DNA from: Schmidtea polychroa | Taxonomy: Eukaryota | Direction: 5' to 3' | Length of the DNA stretch: 64,000 nucleotides | NCBI GenBank assembly: GCA_044892525.1 | Contig: CM097886.1 | Location: 135,904,001 to 135,968,000 of the forward strand | Shown here: piece by piece, positions 1-12,063 of the stretch | Position numbering within the stretch: the stretch's first letter is position 1 | Layout of the letters: each line of letters begins with the position of its first letter | Notes under the pieces: generated by a model | The model's input: only the letters and a program-made list of their open reading frames with translations | Databases searched by the model: none | What the model was told of the DNA's origin: nothing | Translations under genes and position numbers: made by a program

Positions 1-297
1 CGGGCATGATGATACTGGTAATAATAATGATAATAATATAATGATAACAATAACAATAGTAATNNNNNNNNNNNNNNNNNNNNNNNNNNNNNNNNNNNNN
101 NNNNNNNNNNNNNNNNNNNNNNNNNNNNNNNNNNNNNNNNNNNNNNNNNNNNNNNNNNNNNNNNNNNNNNNNNNNNNNNNNNNNNNNNNNNNNNNNNNNN
201 NNNNNNNNNNNNNNNNNNNNNNNNNNNNNNNNNNNNNNNNNNNNNNNNNNNNNNNNNNNGCAATACTACTAATAATGATGATAATGATTAATTGTAA
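1..297. repeat. (AAT/ATT)n microsatellite flanking an N gap (64-259)
   Basis: AAT/GAT triplet repeats on both sides of the N run. Confidence 0.9.
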
Positions 298-299
298 AT

Positions 300-1504
300 C
301 TTTATAAGTTACTTTTATACCTGTTTGAAAATTATATAAGTATTTATAGTTAATATTTAGGAGCATGTCATATACAAATAATTATAATTTATAATTTTAT
401 GTTTTACAATTTATAAATTTATATTTTATAATTCATACTTTTTCATTTTACAATTTATAATTTTCTATTTTACCCTTTATAAATTCATATTTTATAATTT
501 ATAACTTTACATTTTTCAATTTATAATTTTATATTTTACAATTTATACTTTTATATTTTATAATTTTATAATTTTATATTTTTTATTCTATATGCTACCA
601 TTTATAATTTTATAATTTATAATTTATACTTTTATATTTTATAATTTATAATTTTATATTCTATAATTTATGATTCTATATTCTACAATTTATAATTTTA
701 TATTTTATAATTTATAATTTTATATTTTCGGATTTATAGGTTTATAGGTTTATACATCCCATTTCTTTTTATGATCAACATGGTTTATTACTTACAGATT
801 TCTCGGTATTATTTGTGAGTTATAATTTCAGAGTTCTAACGCGTCTATAGTCTATATCTAATTAGTTCTAAGTTAATTTTTTATACTAAAATTTCTTCAC
901 TACTATCCTTCATCTATGATTAAAATAAACTCGAATTCTTTTTATTCCAGAATTTTCTATTTCGCGATTTTGATATTTTTAATGGCAATTTTTGTGCCAT
1001 AATTTTTTATTTTTTAATTATTTTTCGTTAATTTGACGTCCATGATGAATTTGGAACGGTTCCAGAACATTCCATGTTAATTTTAATTTAATTTTTATTT
1101 TAACTGATGTTTTATGAATTTCTTTTTAAGATTTTTTATTTTTATTACTAATTTATTTATTTTTCTAAATTTTATTGTTCTAGATGGTTTTTGTGATGGT
1201 CATCGCCATTTTTATGGAATGTTCTGGGTTTTTCTGGAATTCTTTACTGTTTTATTCGAGTCTGTTTTTTTTTGTAACTCTGTTTATTTGGTTATTTTTG
1301 AGTTCTATTTTGCATAATTTCTTGCTTTTGTATAATTTTATTTAATTTCTGTGTTTATGTTTTGTTGTTTTTTCCTTTAATTACCATTGTTTATTTTGTG
1401 TATTTTTAATATTCAACTATACTTTTTGCTTTTTGCATGTTATGTACCTACACATTTCAGTCACAATTATAAGTTTGGGTCTAGAAATCAGTTCTAGCCC
1501 AACA
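300..1504 (-). mobile_element. 5' part of TGTTGGG-family LTR-like element (copy A)
   Basis: Reverse complement starts TGTTGGGCTAGAACTGATTTCTAGACCCAAAC, as does 25512. 900-1504 matches 25512-26130 and ~750-900 matches ~27190-27340. Confidence 0.85.
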
Positions 1505-4049
1505 TTACTAAGACCCAACACAGAACAAATTTATTGATTCTCAATTCAATTTACAAATCGTCACAATATTTGCACCTTGATTTTAATTAATTTTTGGCGG
1601 TTTTCGATTTCACTAATTTACCCTACTTTAATTTTATTTTTTAATTAATCCAAATATTTTAATGAAGGTTAAGGATAATCATATTTAATTAAGAATATTT
1701 AATTAACCATATTTATATTTTGCAGAGATAATAATAGAAAAAATAGTAGAACTTTTCAAAAACTCTTAAATGAGTAAATCTAATACACTTAGATTAGAAA
1801 TCATAAAAATTAAGTTTTAGGACTAGAAATAATTACGATTTTGATTTATTATGTTTCATCAATATGATCAGAATAAATTTGTTTTCTCTGTGAAGACTGA
1901 TTTATTATTGTCATAAAATTAGAAATGATTATCACCGTGCAAAGTTTCGCTATTCATTTGACAAATTTGTCAATCAATATGCGAACTAAATCTTAAAAGA
2001 ATTATGTCATATCAAATATTTTGAAATCTAACGCTTTTCAAGTCGCTTAAAGATAGATTAGTCAGCCATCATTCATCATGAGCTAATCTATCAAACAGTA
2101 AATATTCACCTATACAAAGACTTATACATTTAATTTAAGATTAATTCGGCTTTTAATTTTTTGTCATCTAAGTCTTAATTAAATGTTTTCCTAAAGAAGA
2201 AATAAGAGAACTGAAGTCATTTAATTATCAGTTAAATTCATACCAGTAGTATTTACTGCAACAGAATAATTTGATTATAACGGACATAAAACTAGGTTTA
2301 ATTTATTTTTTATATATATTTCAGTATCAAACACATCAGTAATGGCATTAAATAATGGATCATATTCCCTTGTAACTATTCTGCAGAACTTTATTTATTT
2401 GTTAAATTCACTAACCTATTTCTGAATATGGTCATAGTATTGTTGTAAAATTCGAATACTCATTCATGCTCCATTTATTTTATAAAAAATTTATAGTAAT
2501 ATTTTTGAGCTGTTTTCCTATATTGAGGTTTGAAGCTTTGCTTTATAGTGCATTGTTTAACAAATCATTTGCAATTTTATAATTAACAATACAGAATACT
2601 TAATAATTGATACACTACTTTGTTTTATCAACTTCCTGGTTAACAGAAGTTTAAGGGAATTCTTCAACAATTTTCCATAAACCACCAAAGAAACATACAA
2701 TTTTTAGGTTATATTATACAGTAAATAGATTACCTTAAAACATTTTGAACTCGACAGGGGAGTATTTGACACCTATTTCAAATGCAAAGTAAAATATATC
2801 CCTTTCAGGATTCAAATGTGCTTTATTAGCACATTTGTGTCAATAGCTATTCGCACAAATTAATTAGTTTTTCAAAGAAAGATTCAATACAATTTTGACT
2901 AAAATAGATATAGTTACTATAGATAAAATATAAGTTGAATACATTTTATTGCACAAAAATATAAATCTGTCTGCCTAAATTATTATAATTATTTGAATCA
3001 GTAAGACTGTCGTAAACACTATCTAATTTTCATTTCTAAGCTTTTCTTTACTTCAATTATCATTGAATAAATTATGATTAAGACAGAATTTCCAGACACA
3101 GAATTTATCACATACTATAAACTACAGCACTTCCAGTGTTAATAGAATTCAAAATTATTTATTTATAAACAATATAAAAATAAATCGTTAATTTGTTTAA
3201 GGAGTTTTTCTAAAAATAATAATTAATGAATAGGAATTTCAACATCCAATCATACAAAAATAATTTAATACAAGTTATTGAAAACACCTCACGCATACTA
3301 AAATTCCTTTTGACTTTATGAATGTTTTGTTAAATAAATGTTATAAAAGATAATAAATAAATCTTTAAGTCATTTAAAATCTATGATTATAACAGTTTAC
3401 CTATTGTAAATATATTGGTATAATGAAGGTTATTTAGTAAATATTTTCAAGATATAAGTGCTGACCAAATCGATAAGTAATGTAACCGTAAAAATGTAAT
3501 TAATATGAATGAATTAATTGCAATATTTCAAATAAAAGGAAATAATCGTTTATTTAAAACCCATTCAAATATAAAATTGACTAATTTGTAACAAGGCTGA
3601 CTATATGGTTCATTGTCTTGGTTCATTAATTTTGGTTATTTTAATTTTCTTTTTATTTGATTTCTCTCATCATAGATGGCATAAAAATATTTTGGTAAGT
3701 GAAAATTAAGTATAGCCAATACTTGGACAATCTGTTGCTTGAATTCTCTCGTTTAATTCCACTATTTTTCTATAAATAGACAATGTAAAACGTTCTTCAT
3801 TTAGTGAAGATCAAAGATAATTCTGAATTCATCGTAATCGCGAAGCAATTCACCGCTGAAGCTGTCTCTGATGGAAAAAAACATATTTAATTGATCATCG
3901 CGATTTCATATATTTTTTCGCACGTAACGACAAACTATGGCGAAGTGATGTTCAGGAAGGTTGAATGGTGACAGTTTGCTTTGCTAGTCCTTAAGTGACA
4001 TCAATATATCTGGCTGAGTACAATGACAGAGAAACCCGCGTATTTGTAA

Positions 4050-5467
4050 TGTTGGGCACCTGGGGAGGGCATTTGTCGACTGGTGTGACTAGGGGTTATC
4101 GTTGTGATTTATTCATGCCAGATGCCCAAATGATTTGTTAGAAAAATATTCCCTCCCGTGTACCCATGACTACGAGTCTTGTTGGTGCTGTACACCGAGG
4201 TCGGAACCTGTGAGCAGGTGAGCTCCGTTGCCAAAACTACTCCTCACAGCATTCGCGGTTCGGGTTCGGAATGCCTTAGAAGGACTTACATCACTAAATA
4301 ATCTGCCTCTGGTCCAAGTGAGGTCTTTCGATCGGTCTATGCCTTTGTATCGATGTACTTACAGTGACAAACTCAACATTCCGACAATTGACGAAACAAA
4401 GTAATTTATATAAATTCACAGACAATCAGTTTTATTCTACTAATATGAAATAATAATTAAGAAACACCAATTCCATAAGGGAGTCCTGTCGAATCAGATA
4501 ATTTAAATGTGAGTTTGCCACGATATTGGGCGTTGTATCACTGGAGAGGTTGCGACGATAAGATATTTGTGGTTGGATGATTTGCTAAACCATTTCTCCC
4601 TCTGCCAACATCGCATCGATGTCGCACTCCAAAGCAGGGTCGAGAGGTGGCTGAGAGAGAGAGACAGGCACGACTTTGACGGGAGTGAGGATCTTGGTTG
4701 AAGATACTTCCTTCGTCTGAGAGGCTGCAAATAAAGTCGCCTCGAGGGCTGCCATCTCCTCTCGACGTTTCTTGGTTTTCTCGGCCCGTGTTAGCCGTTT
4801 CTTCCTCTTCTGCTTACTAGTGACTGGCTGTGTGGCTACGGCCGCAGTGGCCTTGGCGATGACAGCGAGAATTGGAGACACTGGAGTTTGGCCATGAGCA
4901 CCGCAACAAAGAGATTGAGCGGCCTTCGGGAGAGTCAAATCGTGATGAGTGGGAAAGAGATTTCCTTTGACTGTTATTGGGTATTCCACTACTCGCGCTT
5001 TCAGTTCAGCGTCCGAGTATATGCGATGAAGGGCAGCCGATTGTGCCTTGATGGTGAGTCTCTGGCTCAGATTTTCCTGCAACAAGCTGTCGCGGCAATG
5101 TTCAAGTCGGAGAATTTTTATGCGAACCTCCTTCATACTGGCAGGGGTGAACCATGTCCCCTCCAGAGTGTCGATTTTGCGTTTCAATGATCCTATATAG
5201 TCGGCCGATTGCTTCAAGAAGGCATTTTTGTCGGCGCACGAGAAGCAGGGTTTCGGGCCGGTTGGAGGAAGGCTTGGTTAATGTCTTTATTCTAATTTCT
5301 TGTGCTCTTTTTTATTATTTAATTTTTCTATTTTTTTAGGTAATTATTTTTACTATTTTTCTATTATTTCCCTGGTTTCTCTTTTCTCTAGGCTAGCTTT
5401 CCCCCTTTATTTTCTATTAATTATAAACTTGAGTATTATTATTTATTTTTTGATCATCAGCCCAACA
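4050..5467 (-). mobile_element. Complete TGTTGGG-family element / putative solo LTR (copy B, 1418 bp)
   Basis: Ends TGTTGGGC...GCCCAACA; 4-bp TSD GTAA at 4046-4049 and 5468-5471; internal ORF and conserved terminal structured region. Confidence 0.85.
4585..5217 (-). CDS. Element-encoded 'EGTW' coiled-coil/basic protein (ORF2 of copy B), probably a spliced exon
   Basis: 210-aa GC-rich ORF. In-frame upstream KPCFSCADK; LKRKIDTLEGTWFTP and LTRAEK motifs shared with copies C and D. Confidence 0.65.
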   Translation of the reverse strand: MKQSADYIGSLKRKIDTLEGTWFTPASMKEVRIKILRLEHCRDSLLQENLSQRLTIKAQSAALHRIYSDAELKARVVEYPITVKGNLFPTHHDLTLPKAAQSLCCGAHGQTPVSPILAVIAKATAAVATQPVTSKQKRKKRLTRAEKTKKRREEMAALEATLFAASQTKEVSSTKILTPVKVVPVSLSQPPLDPALECDIDAMLAEGEMV

Positions 5468-6049
5468 GTAAATTATAAGAAAGGTCCTTATAAATCATGT
5501 GGCTGAGTTCAAGGACGTTATTTATGCCTCAAACGTATATCAAATCACTATTATTTCACAAAAATTACCTTTTGGTGAATAGAATAAGACACTTTATTAA
5601 TTTATTAGTAATCTCCATTTAATTTTCAACTATAGATCAATGTTTTCTATTTAACATAAATTTTCGGCATTGCATAAAAGTTGTATTTTATATTTTAAAT
5701 TAATTTTATTGGATAGAAAATTGTTGTGTTTATTGAATCGCTGATGCGTTATAAATTAAACAATTACATCTCTGATTCCAATAGTGTTTTATCAATTCAC
5801 AAATTTACAATTTCAAACTATATAACCTTTATTAATAATCACAATAGATAGTACAAGTTGCAATTATAACCAATTAACTCGAATATAGACAATTATCCAG
5901 AGTTTATTACGTCACTACATGAAGAATAGCTCTCCGTTTATAAGTCACCAATAACATTAATAATAACTAATCATAGATCGATTTAAATACAGGAATAATA
6001 TACTCGATTTGTTCAATTGCTTTGACCACAATTATTCCTTTTTCCCATT

Positions 6050-6830
6050 TTGAACTTATTAATTAATGATGACCTTTGTTTTAATTTCTTGTTTGCTTTT
6101 TAGTGTTTCAGTTACATCGTTCTTTTTACTCGTATCTCGCTGCTCTTTACCATATTCAATTCTTTCTCAATTGCCACTCTCGCTCTTTGCATTACCATTG
6201 TTTGAATTCCTTCTATTGTGATATGATTGATTCCAATGTCTGCATTTCGATCATTTTCTTCTCTGTTGGATCATCAGATATTTTATTGGTTGTGGGCGAT
6301 TTCCTTTTTCTGTACTCGTCCAGCGAACATATTTTCCTGGTTACAGGTTCGGCACAATTTATGTCGTCTTTTCACTGCCTCTCGAGAGCTAAATAAACTA
6401 TCCGGATTGCTTCCATATCTTCCAGAGCTAAATGATTTCCTTGTTGCGTTTTTATGCCACAGACTTATTTCGCTACCGCTGACAATTTAAACCATTGTCC
6501 CTTTATTGTTACCTTCCTTTTAAACAGCGCTTCAGCTCTGGCGAGATCACGAACTCCTCATAGTTCATTCGGGTTTACTCCACTGTATACCAACTCATTC
6601 TGCAAATCATGTCCAACTAGAATTTTTCTAGCTGTCAAATTAATGGATTTTGCTCATGCTTTGATAATAGTCTTCTTGGTTCCTGCACATTTTTTCCATG
6701 ATTCCGTAAATCTGTGTAACGAAATTTTTTAGCTTTACTCTTGGGGTTATCGGGAAGTTATACAATATTTTCCCTGTATATTCAATCAAGCATATTGATA
6801 ATGGGATCATTCGGTTTTCTTCACTTACAC
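6050..6830 (-). pseudogene. Decayed REX4/ISG20-like DEDDh 3'-5' exonuclease followed by a K/E-rich segment shared with the Gypsy gag-side region
   Basis: Manual translation: SICLIEYTGKILYNFPITPRVKLKNFVTQIYGI..KILVGHDLQNEL..RDLA..TQQGNHLALEDMEAIRIVY. 6065-6095 (atgacctttgttttaatttcttg) recurs at ~38675-38700. Confidence 0.65.
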
Positions 6831-7012
6831 CATAAATATAATGTTTCTTCTGATTCCTTCATTTGACAGCCTTTTCCGCAAAAATAGGTGGTTCAAAGTG
6901 GTTCCAGTGAAGCTCAAAATGAAAACTTCGATGTGCTCGAATGAATAGACTCAATGAAGAGACCAAATAAAAAAATATCTACTTCTGAAGTGAGATTCGG
7001 TGAAGACATTAC

Positions 7013-8260
7013 TGTTGGCGTGCTGCTAGGTCCGCCTTGCCTTTTAATATTTGTCTAGGGAATGGTGGTTTCTCACTTAACTTTCTCTCACAGATTTGCT
7101 GAACCTAAACAGTACTCCAAATGATCACGGCATTATACCCATGAATTGCTTCATGTTGGTACTGTATCATGACGGCGATATATCATAAAACAGGTTAACC
7201 CCTACCTTTGGACTACTCATTCATGGTACCCCGGCTTACTTTCCATGACGACCGATAGAAGGACTTACGTCTTATTTTTCTTATCCGTTCTCATTACGAA
7301 AATCTTGACCTTTTCCCCTCCTCGGAACACACCATTACACATCAGTCAATGTCAAACGAAGAAATATAAATCATCATTACCATTGGAAATTTAAGCTGAA
7401 AATTTATTGCAACTAAGGCTGTTATTTCATACACTGAAGATAACCAGTTCAAGGCGTGAAAATTGAGTAATGAAATTACACTAAGTGAAATAAGATCTCG
7501 TGAGAGACATTCTCATTGATTTTCAACTGCGGCTTAAGCGAAAAAAGCTTCCAAATCGAATATTTCGGATGCATTTTCCTCCCATGTCACACCTGCGGCA
7601 GCAATAACGCGGTATAGCGTGATGGTAATAGATGATGTCGTCGGAACTGCCTCGGTATTCTCATTTGTGACACTCGCATTCTGCTTGTTTTCCTTTTCTA
7701 TGATACGTTCTTTCTGCCGGTTCTTGCGCTCAGCTCTCAATAGTTGCCGGCGTTTGAGCTTCGTTTGCTGTTTTGAAGGGTTAGGTATTCTTAACGTCTT
7801 GGTGATTTAGCTTCCACTCAACTACTGCCAGTAATAATAACTTCCGGGGTGGTAGGTGAAAGATCGGCTTCTACACACCCGTAACACGACTTCCCTGATT
7901 ATCTCTGAGCGCTCTCCGAGCAGCTATTGTGAACTAAATAAACTTTATCCTCTTCCTAGATCAGAATGTAGCCGATTTTCTTAGTTACCGTTGCCTGAAC
8001 GGACACTTTATGTAACGCTTCTGATTGCTCTTTGATTTACAACCTCTGAGATCGACTTCCTCGATCAAACTGTCGCGACAATGTTCGCTGCGATATAACT
8101 TTTTCTGGATTTATTTTACCTGTGCCGGGGTAAGCCAGGTACCCTCAAGGCGATCTATCTTCCGCTTGAGCAAACCGACTTGAGATTGTAGGGTCTTGAT
8201 AGTCGCATTTTTGTTTGCGCACGAAAAGCAGGGTCGGATAGTATACTAGGTTGTTGAGTT
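7013..8260 (-). mobile_element. TGTTGG-family LTR-like element (copy C); 5' boundary uncertain
   Basis: 3' end ...CACGCCAACA at 7013; conserved structured region 7013-7270; decayed ORF2 at 7534-8250. Confidence 0.75.
7534..8250 (-). pseudogene. Disrupted 'EGTW' ORF2 of copy C
   Basis: RPCFSCANK..LKRKIDRLEGTWLTP..EHCRDSL, then KLKRRQLLRAERK; stops and frameshifts present. Confidence 0.7.
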
Positions 8261-8999
8261 GATAATCAGTCTGTAAAAAGGAGAAATCGCTAACACGATT
8301 TAATTCTTTAAGGAAATGAAAACGAAGATTTGTAATTCGGGTAAAATTTCACCTGTTGATGTCCTTACGTGTATCACTAAGAAAAATCTAAAGAGTAGAA
8401 ACAATGAATCGAAATTAGCGAGTAGGAAATCTACATCAGAGAATCAACTTAAATAATAACTACTATATTAACCCTTTAACCACTGAAATTGAAATACGAG
8501 GAATTTCGTCATGATGATTTTTTTTAGTATATGAATTCACCCAAAAACATATAATTATGAAGTTTATTTGAAAAAAATACTTACCTGAGAACACCAGGTA
8601 AAAAAAATGAAAGACCGTCTGTTGACCGTCATGGTGGATTAGGCCAAAAAATAAAACTATTAACATATGTAAAAGATAATAATATTATTTATTTATGCAT
8701 TGTGATACAACTTAAAGCAATTTTTTGTTTTTGAGAAGCATAAATGGTGATTACATTTCATGCAAAATGTATGCGTATTAGATTTCTTACAGTGTTTACA
8801 TGATTATTAATTTTTTTTAAATTAAAAAATAATTTCGTGAATCTTGGTTAAATCAATTAGATTGAGCTGATAATCGTGGATTATGTTCCTGGATTGAAAG
8901 AAAGTTCTTGCTAACTACAAAAAAAATTCAATAATGTAGTAGAAATCCAAATCGATCTCATCTATTCTGTTGACGCAGATTATCCATAAGATTGTGTCT

Positions 9000-10301
9000 C
9001 AAATGTTATTACGTCATCGTGAAGGATTTCCTGTGTCTATGGACTTACCTAAGGTGTGTCTTAGTGCTGTGGAGTTCAGATTATTTACACACTTAGCAGT
9101 TTTAATCTCCACTGTCTCTACATTATCATTATCCGTTTCCTCATACGGAGGTCAAAATGGTATAATTATTGCATCTCTTTCATCTTCATCACTTTGCTTT
9201 GATGCGTATACAGTTGTTAATACAATTTGGATTACATACGTAATTCAGTAAATATTCATCATCATATATTTCTTGTCCTTTGAACGTCAACACGATAATT
9301 CCATCATTACCTAATATCTCCACTGCTTTTTGTCGTATTTACTTTGCCTTTACACTCCAATGTTCCTGATAATATTCAATTCTTTCATCTGCAATATTCA
9401 ACGCAATTATCAAAGACTTCACGCTATTGTCGCCACCTAATATTCGTGTCCTAGCTTTCGAATTATCTCTTTTAACTTCGCCTGATAACTTGTCGGTTTA
9501 TTAGTATACGGTAGAATGCATTCAATCAATCTTTCTTTCATATCTCTATCCATTTCAATGCTCATGATGAAGTCGATACTCTCATTAATTTCAATTTTAT
9601 TCCCTGCAAATAGTGTCTTGTAAATCTGCTAGAATTTTGACACAATTCTTTCTATCTGAATTCAAAGTATTAACTGCATTACCAACATTTATTTTATTTT
9701 TCCAGTCTGGTATTAAACCGCAATCTACCAAATACTCCTCGTCCTCCAAACATCGATTCTCGAAATTTATTTACACTTGCCATCCACTATACTGTCGCAG
9801 TATATGCTCCTTAAGCTCTCTAAATTTTCCATAGGCGTTGACGCGGAATTGGCACTTTACATTATCGATTCCAGTCGCTTACACTATGATATCAACTAGA
9901 TCCCTTGTTGACCGTAGAGTCTCGCCAAACTTCTGCATTTGTTTAAGTATCTTATCTTCTCAGTTTACTGTGAATAGCTTTACACATAAATTTATTGCTC
10001 TTTTCAGTTCACTCTGGGTTAGTGCCATCAGACTGAGTTCTGAGATCCATCGTTTCAACTGGGAGTTGTCAGTTTCCACTCTAGCAAGCCATCTTTCAAC
10101 TCGGGCTAACAATACCGTCGGATTCTCATCTGATACGATTTTTTTTACTTTTGTGGCGGGTTTTTCCTCACCTTCTGACACCTTCAACGATCGTTCGTTG
10201 TCCCAAGAAGCTCGGAAAAGTATGGAAATTGGATGAATGAGACCCTCGTGAACTTTCCAACAAAATATCCGAATTTTCATAGATTTGTTGCAGCGAAACA
10301 A
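9000..10301 (-). pseudogene. Decayed ORF with coiled coil and two ubiquitin-like repeats
   Basis: VKCQFRVNAYGKFRELKEHILRQYSGWQV*INFENRCLEDEEYLVDCGL (~9700-9880) and LTFKGQEIYDDEYLLNY (~9240-9300); multiple stops. Confidence 0.45.
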
Positions 10302-10394
10302 GCAAACTCTGTTTCTGAAGAATTTTGAGTCTTCTTTTCAAAAATATCAAAGAAAGAAGTTTCGCCAGGGGTTTCACCCAAAGGTTGGTCAGAA

Positions 10395-10715
10395 GTGGAA
10401 TTATTCATTGGGAAATCATCTCAAATGGTATTTGTTATTGGTGAAATGACGACGATGAGCTTAAACAGTGACGAATTCAGGACAAAAACTGCAAACGGCA
10501 AGTTAATAACAACAGCAACGTCTATCTGGCTCAACTAGACAGCTTTCACGCTGCAATAGAGATGAAAACAAGCAAAAAAACTAGTTTTCCGCCACAATAA
10601 TGCGTTTTGAAATTTTGAGCGTTGTGTCATCGAATTTGTCAAAAATACTGACTGGGAACCGCTTGCTCACCCCCCATATTCTCCCGTAGAGGCGTCTCCG
10701 GACATTTACTTCAAT
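10395..10715 (+). mobile_element. mariner transposase fragment
   Basis: GIIHWEII, QLDSFHAAIEMK and WEPLAHPPYSPVEA (YSPDLAP-like motif). Confidence 0.75.
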
Positions 10716-11802
10716 CGATCGCTGAAAAATTGGTTGATGAATAAAGTTTTACGATGACTTTTATGACTTGGTGGCCTCCATCAAATAGTAGTGCTGTGAT
10801 TAGTTTTAACAACAGTTTCGTCGTAGATATCCTGGTTGATATAAAAAAGTGCAGTGAAGAGGACAATCCCAACATATGGGTATTGAATAAAATTGAAACC
10901 AAATTGATCAGAATTGTCATCATAGACTACTTTAGTACTGTTCAATTTGATTTGAGCCTTCTACTAAATATTCCAAGACAATAAACTTATTTAATGGATT
11001 TAGCATATAAAAATCCTGAAAACATTTACGATGGCCATATAAACCGAAATTTATAGTCATAATAAAAAATAAATTAAACAATTCAAAAATATATTATTCT
11101 GTCTTAAATTCACATTTAATATTAAAACAAACTGTATAATTGAATAAATTTATTTTGACATTTTTTTAACAATTTTATTTAAAACCCAAAATTCTAAATA
11201 ACAGTAAACTCTGTTCAAACAAGAAATTTAAAAAGTCAAACTAATATTGGTGTTACCCAAATAATTACAGAAAATATATCAATAGACATGAATGTTTATA
11301 TAAAATGAATCAAATTGCAGATAGTAATTAATAACTTCTACAGACATTATAATTGATTGTTTGATAAAGATCACCACAAATAGATTGTTTGCAGGAAAAA
11401 ATCGGCCTGCATAAGTATGTTTAAACAGGGTAACCATCCTCTGAGTGGTTTGAAGCCGAATAAAAATTAATGGAAAATGCAAATAGTAATCCAAACACAC
11501 AAGTAGGATTCGTGACCATGGTTACTGAAACAATGTGTATATTTGTGCAAGAAGATTTATAGATTGGCAATGCGCGTGAAATTTATATAATTAAAAATAA
11601 TGTGTAGAGTTTTTTCTTTACAAACTGGACAGATACCGCGATATACCATTTATAAAATGAGTCTGCAATAAGTAGATTATTAATTTATATACATGTTTTC
11701 ATTCTGATTATCTGCCTTATTGACACCGTAACATATACAAATTGGCTTCTGTCAATATTATTCATATTTAACGTTCCCTATCTGGTCTGGTTGAAGCTAA
11801 TT

Positions 11803-12063
11803 TTATGCTAGTCTCGTTGATGCAGCGGTTGATTTTAACACTGCAATCACACCGCAAGCAATTCCAATATCAATGTCAATGGAATTTCCAGCTGGATCAT
11901 TCAATTTCCTATACAGAAATCTTTTATTCCTACTACAACATTTTTTTAATTTCTTTAATTTTGGATTCTTCTTTAAGTTGATTCCTATTATTTCGTGTTT
12001 TTTAACGGCTAATTTTGCATCATAACAGCTCATAACTGATTCTTCACATGTGGAGCATTCCAA
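11803..12063 (-). CDS. Possible exon of an unidentified gene
   Basis: 86-aa open frame with protein-like composition, preceded by an AG acceptor; no family recognised. Confidence 0.3.
   Translation of the reverse strand: MECSTCEESVMSCYDAKLAVKKHEIIGINLKKNPKLKKLKKCCSRNKRFLYRKLNDPAGNSIDIDIGIACGVIAVLKSTAASTRLA

Noticed and set aside
2780-2880. PIN-like IAIDTNVLI segment on the minus strand
   Set aside because: In-frame stop follows immediately and no consistent exon chain could be built.
5454-5460. CTGATGA at the 5' end of copy B as a hammerhead core
   Set aside because: No stem II or GAAA follows.
6975-7012. PBS downstream of copy C
   Set aside because: Only a partial TCAGAAGTAG match and no TGG next to the element end; C's status as a 5' LTR is not proven.
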